DNA of 64,000 bases, taken from positions 26,970,001 through 27,034,000 of the forward strand of contig CAIIXF020000001.1 in NCBI GenBank assembly GCA_903813345.2, read 5' to 3'. Positions 12,101-25,400 of this stretch are shown piece after piece; position 1 is the first letter of the stretch; each line of letters starts with the position of its first letter. The notes under the pieces are model-generated. The model was given only the letters and a program-made list of their open reading frames with translations, was not told the origin of the DNA and ran no database searches. The stretch comes from Owenia fusiformis. Its lineage: Eukaryota. Position numbers and translations under genes: made by a program.

Positions 12101-15100
12101 CTATACACTGTTTGGTTTGATTCATACAATTCAAAAGTGTAAACGATTTTTTGTAGAGCAGACTAAATTCTGAGAAAGTGACTCTTAAAAAAAAAAATCT
12201 AAAAAATAGAATCTATTGTGTGTTTGAATAAAGTGCTATTCTCACATTGCATTAACAGCGGAGAAATACTTTTGAAATGATTTCAGATTTTGTATTGTTG
12301 ATTCATCAGTATTCAGGGTTATATTATATTTCACCTTCAAATGTAGTTCATTATATTACAGCTGTAATCGAGTATTCTATGACAATGAAAAATTCAATAA
12401 AAGTAATGTTAAAAAATTCAAACGGTTCATGAGCACATATTACTCCTCTGAGATTATTTAGCTTTCAGATCTCCATCTCAGCTTTGGTCATTAAATCACA
12501 TATGTATAATACAGTATATATATAATACAGTATATGTATAATACAGTATATATATAATACAGTATATGTATAATACAGTATATATATAATACAGTATATG
12601 TATAATACAGTAAATATGCAATTAGTTTAATGTAAACATAATAGTTTATCATGAGTAAAAAAGTTTTGTGAATTGTTTTTCAAATTTTAAAAAGAACAAT
12701 TTTGATATTTTTACATTGGAATGTATAGTTCAAGTGTATTATATTATCCCACCCAACAAATTTTGACTAGTGATTTAGAGAAGCCATCCATCCATCTATC
12801 AGTTTACCTGTCTATCTGTTCCAATTGTTTATCCATTCGGATTTTCAGGTGATAACTCAATCATCAGTTGATTAATTATTTGGTCCATGTGCAGTATGGC
12901 AAGTGATTTTAGACAGTCATAACTCTCACCATGGGTACTTTCTGGCCATCAATACAGTTGTTTTCATGAAAACAATATGCTTTCTTTCAAGTGAAGTCCC
13001 CATTATAATAAAAATATCAAATCCAACTCTCTGAAAAATTATGGATTAGTACCCCACCTTGGCACTTTTTTACGAAGGCCCCCCACGAAGTGGGTGGAGC
13101 CATTTGTTCTATGGACCGACTGTTGACCAGTCACGTGACCAAAAGTCCGCCATTATTACCTTATATGGCAAATCATCAAAGCAACGATCACAACGTCATA
13201 TGTTGTGTTTGTGATGAAGATATGACGTAATATAACATAAACTATGACATCAGTTACTTATTGCCCTACCAACTAAACAGACAAGAAAGCTAAACGTCAC
13301 ACATCACAGTGTTTATTATATTTTAATTTGTGACGTCATTAATATGTTACCTAGCCAACAGAAAACAAGCAGTAAAATGTAGTTTGTTCATTGTCTTTCT
13401 CTGTGGTATTTCCATAAAAAGTGGATCAGTTTTGTCAAAATAGCATTTTGGCATTCATATTTTTCTAGTGTCATTTTCACTTGATTATCTTGTTGAAAAT
13501 GTTAGGGTCATTTTCTAAAAAGAGGATCTTGTTTTTCTCAATTTAAACATATCCAAAGTTTCTTCTACACTATATTAACATTTTCTGAAAAGGGGATGCG
13601 TATTGAAATGCGTTAAGTTAAAAACCACATATCCCATGTTATTCCCCCATAGGGAAAACTCGTGCTATCCATTGTTTTCAGCATAACTTTGGTCATTGAA
13701 AATTGATATTTTCAAAACTAGCCTTTCAATACCATCCTACTTTTGAAGAAGTTTTAGACCCCTTGATGAATAATCTTTTCATGCAATAAAAACCAGAAAA
13801 AGAAGATCCTCTTTTGAGTAAATAGGTTCAACATTTTGAAAAAAAATTTGTTGCCTTATTTCAAAATGGTCGCCATTTTTGTCTTGCGAAATTTACTTGT
13901 GGCCCATTTCTTAGCTTTACAAATAATTTCATGCATTGTAAAAAGCCATGTCACTCTAAAGAGTAGTTGTAATGAAATAATTTTGTCACAAAAAATCGTC
14001 AGAAAATACATCCATTTTTTCAGCTATTTTAGCCATCATTCACTTTTGAGCAACAACATGTGAGCCCAGTACCCATGGTACTAATTATTGCATTCTGACA
14101 ATGATCTGCCTTTCAGAAGTTTCTGACATAGTGTTAGAGCAAAAGAAACTTTTGATGATAGTAAAAATGTGAAATTGAAGGTCTTCATTTTAGAAAGTGA
14201 GTCTTAACATAAACGAAGTCCTTTAAATTTGTCCTTTAAAAATAGAAATTGTGTTTTACATGTCTATTTACTTGAATATCAATCAAATTAGGTGAAAAAG
14301 GTCAGCAATTTTTGTTGAACATTATGTGGAAAAATTGCCATTGTGTGAGATAAATCAGAATACAGTTGTAAAACAGTTGCGATATGTCATCTCTTTTATT
14401 ATGTCGCAGATCACCAGAGGCTGATGCTGAATCTCCAGAACATGCAGAGAATAAGTCCCTCTTGGACCGAGCAGTCAGTAATGTTTTATCTGGCTCTTGT
14501 GATGAGAAGGCACAGGGATTGCCTAGGTTCAAGTCTTGCATGGACTGGGCGAAACCTCTTCATGATGTAGGCATTAGGAGTACCACCGGTGATGATATAT
14601 ACCCGCTACAAAGTGATACCTTCATACAATGGTAAATAAATACTACATTATTAGTATGGTTCACTGATAAGCTTCTTTAGTTTTTTGTATTGGATGTTCA
14701 TTGTGATGTTGTAGCTACAGGCGTGGGGGGGCAAATTTCAAGTCTGAAAAAAATCTTTCCATGCTTGCCTGGAAAACATTTTGGGCCCCAAACTCAAAAA
14801 TTGGGCCCAACGTTTGAAAATTTAAAGTCTATTTTGTTGATAATTTGGCCTCAAATTAAAAGATAAGGTCCAAAAGGGCCTAGTAATGAACAAATATGTC
14901 AACTAGGCTAATTGCTATTGCATTTCAGTGTGACACATTTTGCATAATAAAACCACATCAATATCATCTCTTTTTTTTCATGTTTACATTCATGTAATTG
15001 ATGCGCTTAATGATACTTTTATTGACCACCGGATCAATCAATGTCTTTCCTGCTTCACCAAAATCAAATATGTTAGGTGGTAAAAATACAGCACTAACAT

Positions 15101-16300
15101 GAACTGAAAATACTTATACTGAAATCAAACTGTTTGATCTTATCTTTGAAATTCTGCTTTTGCATCACATCAGTAAGTTTCAAAATTAATAATTTTTCCC
15201 TAATAATTTACTCTAGAGTTGACTACAGTGTGATGTATGGATATTTGTGACACATATTCCCAATATTATAACCAAGTGTTTAGAGATTTAGCTAAACATT
15301 GAATACATTGAATAAGTTAAAGCTAGAATCACTGAATCGGAGATATGATTGATACAATAGTTTTGGTATTAAAAAGATCCTGTTTTAAAAATTTGTTTTT
15401 CTAAACACTTGATTCATAAGTTGTCACTGATATTATGCTAATCATAAATGTTTTATTTGAAATGAAAAATCAGAGATGGCACATTTCAATAAACTAAAGA
15501 ATTGATATCAATATGAAGATATTTTGAAATAATATCATTCTAATGTCATGTCAAATAATCAGATAATCTTAAGTTTCAAATCCGAAGAGAGTGAATTCAT
15601 AGATTTAAATAATTTAGTCCTCATGAAAAATAAATCTGAGATCGAAGAAGAATTCACACATTTTAATTTCCTCACCAAGAAGTGGTCACATGCTATAGTC
15701 ATCAGTTTTAGTTTGCTGTCAGCGTCTATGTTTGCTGTCTTTACTAAATGGTTACAGTTTTGGAATTACAACCAGGTAGTAAAAGTCATGTAGTGAAAGT
15801 CATGCAGTGAAAGTTAAAGTCATTTAGTGAAAGTCATGTAGTGAATGCCTTATTATGTGATCTAATGAAAGCAATGTTTCTAGAATAATATGCAACAACA
15901 ATTACAATTTGTAATTTGATGATATTATTTCAGTAAGACTGTGGTCCACTCTGGAGACAACTCCTCCATGTCCAAAAAAGCAAAGAGAGTGTTAGAGTCC
16001 CTACATGACCAAGAGAACCAGGAGACGTCAACTGAGAATGCAATCACTGAGAAAACAAATAACGATGCTACAGCCAGTTCTGTAAATAATATAAACAAAG
16101 ATAATGGTGCTCCTATTCGAAGTAAATCAAACAATGCAGGAAAGTCAGACAATGCAGGAAAGGGCAAAAGAAAATTGCCTGCATCATCTAGTCAGCCAGC
16201 GAAGAAGGTGAAAAAATCAGCGACATCAAAATCATCAAAACTCAAGGATAAACCATTGCTGAAGGGACAACAAGTAATGACACAGTTTTTCAGATTATGA
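9121..16300 (+). CDS. PARPBP: PARP1-binding protein / PCNA-interacting partner (PARI), 3' four exons only
   Basis: Exons 9121-9289, 10201-10373, 14410-14631 and 15934-16300 have consistent phases. The peptide includes KVAQDL, GRKTLNIL and SLMSKFRSP (cf. human EVAQDL, GRDTVKAL, SILTLFRSP). The C-terminus KGQQVMTQFFRL is a PIP box (Q-x-x-M-x-x-F-F) matching human SGQAKLTQFFRL. The N-terminal exons were not found in the window. Confidence 0.85.
12501..12612 (+). repeat. Minisatellite, 16-18-bp unit TAT(G/A)TATAATACAGTA, ~7 copies
   Basis: Tandem array read directly from the sequence, in a PARPBP intron. Confidence 0.9.
15784..15845 (+). repeat. Short tandem repeat (AGTCATGTAGTGAA)n, ~4 copies
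   Basis: Read directly from the sequence. Confidence 0.75.
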
Positions 16301-16511
16301 TTAGTTTTGGAAATGACTACATCTGATGTAAAGTATAGGTTTATTCAAGTTGTAATGACAGTGAACTCATGTCTTAGTATTATTACATAGGAAAATGATC
16401 TACAGTACTTGTATGTTTTTATTATGTATATTTATGTAAATTGTTTTATTTGCAGTGGACTACTTATTGTGAATCAACATTTACTTAATGTGTTAAGGTG
16501 CTTATTTTTTT

Positions 16512-16744
16512 GTGAAGCCACTCAGTAAAATTACGATTTCTCTGCTCCCTGATGTCCAATCAACATCATTCGAGTATCTATGTGTTTAGATTTCAGTCAT
16601 GAATTACGTCAATTTCGCGTGCAAACTTTGGGTAGACATTGTTATTCCCGGATGCCCAAACGTGTCATAAACACATAGGTACTCGAATGATGTTGATTGG
16701 ACATCAAGTTGCAGAGAAATCTTAATTTTACTTAATGGCTTCAC
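16512..16744. mobile_element. Foldback/MITE with ~75-bp arms in the PARPBP 3' region
   Basis: GTGAAGCCA...TGATGTCCAATCAACATCATTCGAGTATCTATGTGTTTA (16512-16588) vs TAAACACATAGGTACTCGAATGATGTTGATTGGACATCA...TGGCTTCAC (16668-16744). Confidence 0.85.
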
Positions 16745-17040
16745 GTAAAAAAAAGGCGATACAATTTTAATTTTTTGTTTTTGTGTGAACTCTTTCATTT
16801 GCATAAAGTGAACTGTATGAATGAATAGCTCTGTTGATTGCCCATTTTATACAATTTTATGTCTTCTGAGTCTAATTTATTCATTTTCGGCTTCACTCAA
16901 AAATGTTTGGTGTGATAATGGAGAATTATACTCATTATAGACACATTGCATTTAACATAGAAACCCTATCACTGAGAGAATTTAATGTTGCAAACAAATG
17001 GTATAATAATTCAATGCACATCTGAGCTCCACCCAGCTTA

Positions 17041-17179
17041 TGCCTTGGTCACATTTGCACTGATTTTCACTACGGCGCCCGGCTGATTAAGTATGTTGTT
17101 CAAAATTGAATGCAGTATTGAACAAAACACTCAATCGGGCTGGCGCCGGCCAATGGATTAGAACAAATGTGACCAGGAC
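17041..17179. mobile_element. Small MITE (TIR TG(C/T)C(T/C)TGGTCACATTTG)
   Basis: TA|TGCCTTGGTCACATTTG ... CAAATGTGACCAGGACA|TA. Confidence 0.65.
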
Positions 17180-18632
17180 ATATGCAGCAATGCTTACAGA
17201 AAACCCTTGGTGCAGCACCTCCTGCTCGGGTGGGCTATTATATGTATAGTCATTGAAATTGTATACTTATTTTAATTTAATAATCATTAATTGGACTTTT
17301 AAAAATATTATATTCTACTCACATATCAAATATGATTTTTGAGGTGTAGGTTTTTAATTCACAATCTATTGTGGGTTAACAAAGCGAGAGTGACTGATAT
17401 CATATTTTCAAGCAGATGAAAATATTAATATCATGTATAAATTCATTATATAAATAATAATTATGCAATATGGTGATTCATTTTAATATTGTTTTAGTAT
17501 AGATTGTAATTTTATCATTATTTATATTTTATGGAATGTTACCTAAGATGGGTGGTATTATACAAAATAAACATAATATATTATTGAAAAATAAACATTT
17601 TTATTATTTATAACTAAGCGAGAACAGATCATTATACATAATTGTTAAAAGTTGTTTTAAATCAAGGAGCATTACTGGGAATTATCACTACATACATGTG
17701 CATATGTACAGTATACACATAATCACAAACACAAGCAATGATTACATTATAACACATGTGTATAAATAAGATGTACAGTGGTATTTTACTCATACTTCAA
17801 AGGTATGCATTTTGTGGTTCCCTCACTGTTGTAGTATTTTGAGTTTTTTCATCAAGAGATTTTATTGCCATTAATCATTATAAGTACATATCATACATGA
17901 GGGACCCAATTGCCAGTGGCATTATAGGTGTCCCTATATAGTATTTTGAGTAAATTAATTATAGTAAATGTGACAAGTTTGTTTACTTCTTAATGGCACT
18001 CTTAAGTAAATGCAATTGTTCCTACTACCTCAATAAACAAGGCTGCTAGAAATCAGCCATAAATGTAAAATGTCAGTTACCACCTGCCAATTGTAACAGA
18101 TGACAACCACCGAATACTGAACAACACCAACTGCTGAACACTGAACAACGTATTGATTTTCTTAACAGTACATCAATACAGATCTTTAAACAATAACATT
18201 GTCATGGTATATATTACATAAAGATAGACTATATATTACATAAAGATAAGACTTATTGTGTATACACAGTCCTGTAAATGCCTTTAATGTAAATTTTTAC
18301 AGATCTTATTTTCAGATCACATATTATATAACAAATACTAATTCCAATATTTGGAAAGTAATTCATAAAGAGAAAAACGAAATGTGTCTCGTAATTTGTA
18401 AAGATCAGTCAGAGACTGGAATGATATTGGAATGTATAAATGTTTCAACTAAATTGAATTCCTTTCATATCACCTTGAAATACAAAACTAAAAACGTGAT
18501 CTACATCAAAGCTGAATTAGCTTTCATGTCATTTGATAATGCTGCTTTTAGAAATAGTCGTTGTTTATGTATATTTAGTGAGGTTTATTGTGCAATGTTG
18601 TTTGCCTTATATGCAGCCATGACTGTAAAAAG

Positions 18633-19042
18633 TAGGAGTGGGACGGGTAACTAAAATACTGAAAAACTGCGGTTCAGAACCGGTTTTCAGTTCGCTACCC
18701 TACTATCAGTTCAGCTTTCGGTTCGTTTTTGGCTCAATATTTGATCTACAAGTATCAAGAAAACACTGTATTACAGTGATTGTCAACATTTTTGATATTT
18801 CCCTACCTTGTCTGCTGTCTGCTTAATGCATTCAAAAATCAATATAGCATCAGAATCACACATTCCCATTTTCCCAAAAGAAATGAAGATCATTGCAGCC
18901 CCAATGAAGTTGAAATCAGTCGTTTGGGCTGGGTACTAAAAGCAGTCAATCATAACATATCGCTAAATTGAATGAACCAAATCGAAAAAACTGAACTGAC
19001 AGCATTTTAACCAAAAATCCATACCAAACCGTCCCATCCCTA
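18633..19042. mobile_element. hAT-like MITE
   Basis: TIR TAGGAGTGGGACGG / CCGTCCCATCCCTA; 8-bp flanks GTAAAAAG vs GGAAAAAG (7/8 match); AACCG/CGGTT subterminal motifs. Confidence 0.75.
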
Positions 19043-19463
19043 GGAAAAAGCCAAGTTGTACATCAGTCTTACAACTACAGTGGTACCATTAAAATGCAAA
19101 ACTTGCACCAATCCTCTACTATCCCACAACATTTTCTAGTTTTCAGTCAAAGAGATTCGGGAGTAAACAGAAGCTTGACAAACTCACTGTTGGAAATCAG
19201 TGCAATTGGTTCATCGCTAATTCCTCTTAATAACACTGTTTTATAATATCCTTTAGAAGAGTATACACGTAGAGTTAGTGACGGTGTAAAAGGGTAGGAG
19301 GTCCTATCAAATTATGGTCCTACTCTCCATTGATTTATATGGTGACCTTAATACAACTCTTTCCCTCATTATCGTAAACACAATCAGGGCCAGTAAGGGC
19401 CATTAAGAAAGGGGACCATAATCCCTGGGGGACCATCATTTCTTTCACAACGGGACAATTAAC

Positions 19464-22400
19464 TTATGTTGCAGAAGTCTGCTCTGACACTTGCTCATAA
19501 TCTGATGAAGAAATGACAACATTTCCACTTGTTTCACAAGGCTTGAAACATGGGACCATCTGACAATTTGCCACCATTCTTTTTAAAGCAGAACTACTCT
19601 TCATTTCATTTGATACTTGCTCTAAACTTCGATTTTTTGTCTCTGGGACAAAAGAAAATATAAAACATGTTGCGATAAAGCAGACAAAAGCGTAGCCAGT
19701 GAACAACCAGCCTATACCTATTGTTTTTATCAGGTTTAGAAATGTCATTGAAATAACAAGATTTGTTCCCCAGTTAAACACAGTTGTCATGGCAATTGCA
19801 CGTCCTTTGATTGATGCAGGGAATATCTCACTTAGTACTAGCCATGACACTGGTCCAAATCCCATTGCATATGAAGCCACATAGACCATGAGTGCAAACA
19901 ATGCAGCCCATTTTGCCGTGGCAACAGCAAAATCAGTGTTCAGGTCAAATGGCAATACAGTTGTGGGTCCAGCCCCCTTCTTGGTTGAATCACTCTCATC
20001 TGGGTCTTGAGTTGTGTGATAGAGTTCACTAGAGTTGTTTACAGATCTTCTATAAAGTTTAGCTTGATCTGCTGTCTTTAGTGAATCATCGGGGAAGTCT
20101 ATAATCAATGAACTTCCATTTGATGTTCTATTTACTGCGATTACTGAATTTCTGTTACAATCTTTCACTTGCATGTCTTGTGGCAGGGATTGCGTGAGAA
20201 CAGCTAGTAACAATATACTGAACATCATCCCCAAAGCGCCACCTATCAAGAATTTTCTTCTTCCAGCCTTGTCAACAGAAAGCAATGACACTATTGTAGA
20301 TATGACCTGCAATTAGTAAGAGCAAATTAATATTACAACCTAAAATAATTATATGGACTGAATCTAGTCATTTGTAATAATTAATTAATTAATTGTAATA
20401 CTTAATTCAATATAACCAGTGAATAGATTTTAAATAGTTATTTTTCAGACGGTCAGGATTTGTTTTCAATAATATGGCTAACAGTGAAAAATGTCCAAAT
20501 AGTAAAGTGTAAAAAGTTAAGTTTACCTTTACTGTTCCCAGGCCAACTGTTGCTAGGGTAGCAGCTGAACTGTTGTGGAAACCTAATGATAGGAATATAG
20601 TGGGAGCATAGTACAACACATTAGGTTGCCCTGTGAACTGAAACCAATCAAAAAAAGCAATTGTCACATTCAGTACAGAATCCAACAATAGGTGGCAAGT
20701 TAATTGTCTTCCTCTGATGCATGAGATTCAGTTTATCTATACTGGATTCTTTCTGGTGCTGCCATCTTTATATCGGCCCAGAACATATGAATCTTAATAT
20801 ACTTTATGTAACAATATAATAGAAGTTCTTGGGAATACATTTTGACATGAGTTTAAATATACTTTGTAGAACACATAGTACACAACACCAGTCAGCCAAA
20901 TATTAAGAATCAGCTATCTAGGTACCAGTATATGTTATATACTGCATTCTCTGTGATTAGCATTAATTTTTACAATAATGATATGGTAATGGATTGTTAT
21001 TGGATCATTTAAATCGCTAAATAGAAATCCCAGGAGGACTTGGTTTCTTTAAGAAATTGAATCTTTTTCTGATGCATTTGTTAATAATTCAGGTCATTAC
21101 TCGTATATTTCTTGAACTTTGGGAAGTGGGTTGGGCGCTCATAAGGGGCTGGGCGCTAAATATGGTATGGTAGTCTTATTACCTGCTGAAAAAAGATGAT
21201 GCCTGTTCCAATGAACATTCTACCTCTCATGTTATCAGCTGAACTAAACAGGTCAAACAGGCTGTGGCTCTGAAATACAATGAACTTGATCATTTATTCA
21301 TACAATTTTGATCATGCTATACTTGTTATAAAGTCTGAATCACAATCAATGGCTCTGAAATACAATCAAGTCAAAAGTTTATACAATTATGGTCATGCTG
21401 TAGATGTAATGACACAGAACATACTTCCACAATCCATCCATTATACACTTTGATACAAACTTCTCTTTAGTACTTTTCTATAAACCACAAAGTGTGAAAA
21501 CGATTGTACAAAAAGTATATGCACCTCTCATGATTTATACATGTCATGTGACTAAAATAAGCTTAACATTTATTTTCTGGGGTATTCTGAGTTGAACATT
21601 TTAGTCTCACCAAAAACCTCACCAGCTTCTTTTTAAAAATACTATCTCAATTAACCTGAAGGTAAATTATTATTTGTATGAACAAAGAAACAATCTACAA
21701 AAATTACTGATGAATATCATATACCTGCTCTGCGGCAATTGAGATTCTCATGCCATTTAACTCTCGATCCACTGAATTACTACAGCGTAACTTCTGGAGC
21801 ACTGTCCTAGCCTGTAATGAGAAACAGTTTCCAAATATGTGGATTAAAGTTGTTAGCATATCAAAATGGGACTGAAAACAAGTGTTCAAATTGATAGGTG
21901 TTCAGAATAAAGTAGTATTCAGATATATACAGGTTAAACTGTACTTAGTGATTGTGCTACTTTAAAACATATTGTGCTATATGGTGTTCTATTGTATTGC
22001 CTGCCTGAACTTACCTTTTGTTCCTGTTTCTTTAGCATAAGAAATCGTGGACTTTGTGGCAGAAAAATCATCCCTATTCCTTGTATGGCCGCTGCAACTG
22101 CAGATAGGCCAAACATGTACCTCCTAAGAATGATAAACAGTGGTAAAGAGTACAATGGGGTGTGTCAAAATGAATATAGATTAAGAGCACTTTCATGAAT
22201 TATTTTCAATGAATGCAGCATGGATTTACTGAGTAATTATGTAAACTACTCAATAAAACTCCCAAAATTACTTACAGCCTATTACTGCAACAAACAAAGC
22301 TAGTAGTCTTGCCTGAACTGGGGATTTAACATGAATCCACTGCGAACACACAGCTGAGCTATATGGGTGGACAATGTGACTTTGATCCACAGCAATTGCA

Positions 22401-25400
22401 AAATGACCATAGTATAAACTTAAGTTAATGAACATTCCTTACCAGCCATTCTCTGTATTGATAAAGAGGTAGTTGACCAGGTATGCCAGTAGGAGGCCTA
22501 GAGTTATGCCTAACTCATTCAGAGAGACTAGTAAACCTCTTCTACGCTGTAACAAAAACATTTGCTCCTTCATATAATCATACAAGAACACAAATGTGTA
22601 CAAAATGTCCCCACCAATGGGTGATCCCGTCAAATGGTTATCCTGAAAATGAGTAGACAAGACTTTACCGACACAATTTGAGGACGGAAAATCCAAAATG
22701 GCCACCTTAAAATTTACCCACAATGTCCAAAAATTAGCTAGTTCGAGATTTTCATACTAAGAACCACCCCTGAAAATTCTAAATTGATCTACCAAACAGT
22801 TCACCTAAAAACGCTTAGACAAGACTTTATAGGCAAGATTTTAAGACAGAAAATGCAAAATGATCGCCTTGACATTTATCCAGAATGCCAAAAAACTAAT
22901 CAGATCTAGAAATTCATACTTAAAACCATCCCTGAAAATGTGAAATTGATCTACCAAACGGTTCACCTGGAAATGCGTAGACAAGATTTTAGGACGAAAA
23001 AATCCAAAATGGCCGACAATAAAAAAGTGATTATGAGTTTTTGCTGATTTCTTTTAACAAAATTATCACATATAACTACTGTTAACAATAACATAGGCTT
23101 TTACAACAAAGTACACCTGAAATTATTTTTAAAGCTACTAAATATTTAAAGTATGAAAACTCAAAAACATCATTCAATATGATACAAAGTATTATCGCAC
23201 GCTAACTTTCCTTAAAACATTCAAAATGGCTGACATGACTGAGCTAACAGGTCCAAAATTTAATCAGATGTAGAATGAAGTGAGCTGAACAAGATATTAA
23301 AGTTTTAAAAGCAACTGTGAAGCTGTTTTTCTTAAAGTTTGCAGACAAGGATTTTAGCATTCGACTTCAAAATGGCCGACAGGAAGTAGGTATCGAGTTA
23401 AATGTTATTCATCCACATCTGTATGCACTCATAAGTTATCCCTGAAAATTTGAAGGTGATATCTGTAGCGGTATTGAAGAAAACTACCGGACGTACGGAC
23501 GTACGGACGGACAGACAGACAACCAGACGGACGCGCCTAGGCCGACAATATGGCCCCACACTATGTGGTGGGGAAATAAAAACCCAAGTACAAAAATAAC
23601 ATATTATGGTCTGCTGTTAATGCAAAAATAAGGTGCAAGGCTAATGTTCATGAGATATTTTCCAGTCTGTGAAGAAACAAGACAAAATCCATTCAATGAC
23701 ATTTACTAAAAAAGAAATACATGACTGCTTTGCATTACATGAGCACTATGGGAGAAAATTGGTATCAGTATTTATATTTGTTGCAATTATTTTTCATTAC
23801 ATAATTTGTACACATAACATAATTGACGACATGTCCAATTATGTCATAAATTAAGGCTGAATGAGGTAGGTATGATACTTTGTACTTCTTATGAATGCAT
23901 TTCCATCGTTTTAGATGAAAAATATGTTTCTGTAAAATTTTGTTGAGGCAATTGCCCCGTCTGGCTTATGTCTTACTGTACCCGTGTTCCAATGAGGAAG
24001 TTTTACTGGGTGTACTGGGTGCACTTACAGCAGGTGCTATCTCCGATATGTAAACACATTCTGCAATGGCTGACAATGACACTGCAAAGCCCACTAGGAT
24101 TCTCCCTACAATCTGAAGATAAGAGATTGAAGAGCATGTTGGATATGTATAGGATAGGATATCCTATGATTTTGAGGGATATCATTTTTATCCACAAGTT
24201 GATATCAATATCTGGACAAGTGAGCATAATGTGATATCTGTGGAATATCACTTTTTCCATGCATTTGCAAAATATCATAAATATATTTATATGTTATCAT
24301 ACAGATTTGACCTCAACTATGGGATTAAATGGTCTAATAATGCATAAGAAAATCCATTTCAATCAGCCATTCATGACTGTTTCAGTAAGCATTTCCTTGG
24401 GAACAGCTGTAGCTTACAGTTATGAAAAATATTGAATTCAAATAAATCTAGAAATTTATCACCGTTATATCATGTGCTGGCGTGTCTGTGAGAATGCGCA
24501 ATGGCTAGTATATAAAGAGATTCGGGATATTATGATGGAATGTTGAACTATACAACTATAAATACAGTAGAACCTGCTAAGTGGAACACCTCCGTAAGTG
24601 GAACACCTCGCAAGTGGAACGCTTTTTCAAAGGCCCATTTTAAAAACCCATTGACTTAATGTTAATTGAACCTCTGTAAGTGGAACATCTCCAAACTAGA
24701 ACAATGAACACCCCATATTGAAAAATTAACCTGCTAAGTGGAACAGTCAATTTTCCATAAATTCTAATATTGATACTTTTGTAAACAGAATTAACCTCCT
24801 ACAGTGATATCTGGGTATAAAAACAGGTAATAATGTGATAATTGGCAAATTAGGATTACCATATAGCAAATTGGATTAACCTCCTGTAGAGATCAACATG
24901 TGATGCTACCACTAATTAATTTGATTATTAGCAAATTAGGATTTCATAAGATTATCATTCATCAAATTGGATTAACCTCCTGTAGAGATGGACATGTGAT
25001 GCTACCTCTAATTAATACCCCTTGCTGTTTGTTTCAAACTTGATAAGTAAGATTAAGAATTTCGGTTAAAAACAAATGAATTATTAGCAGTACAAAACAA
25101 GTCTTTAAAACTTAATTGCCAAATCTTTGTGCCTGAGACTGGCAGAATGAGGAGGATTAAGAATGTCAGAAAACATTTTTGGCAGAATGAGGAGGATTAC
25201 GAGTGTCAGATACCTTTTTGAGTAAAACAAATGGATAGTTGATGGTATAGAGCTGCCCTGCAATGAATGGAGAATCATATTTTCGGTGAAACATATAAAC
25301 CCTATATTTGATCTTGTATGATCTTTAAATCCCCGCGAAGCCAAAACCTCCGTAAGTGGAACACCTCCTAAGTGGAACGCTTTTTGGCAGAACGGAGGGT

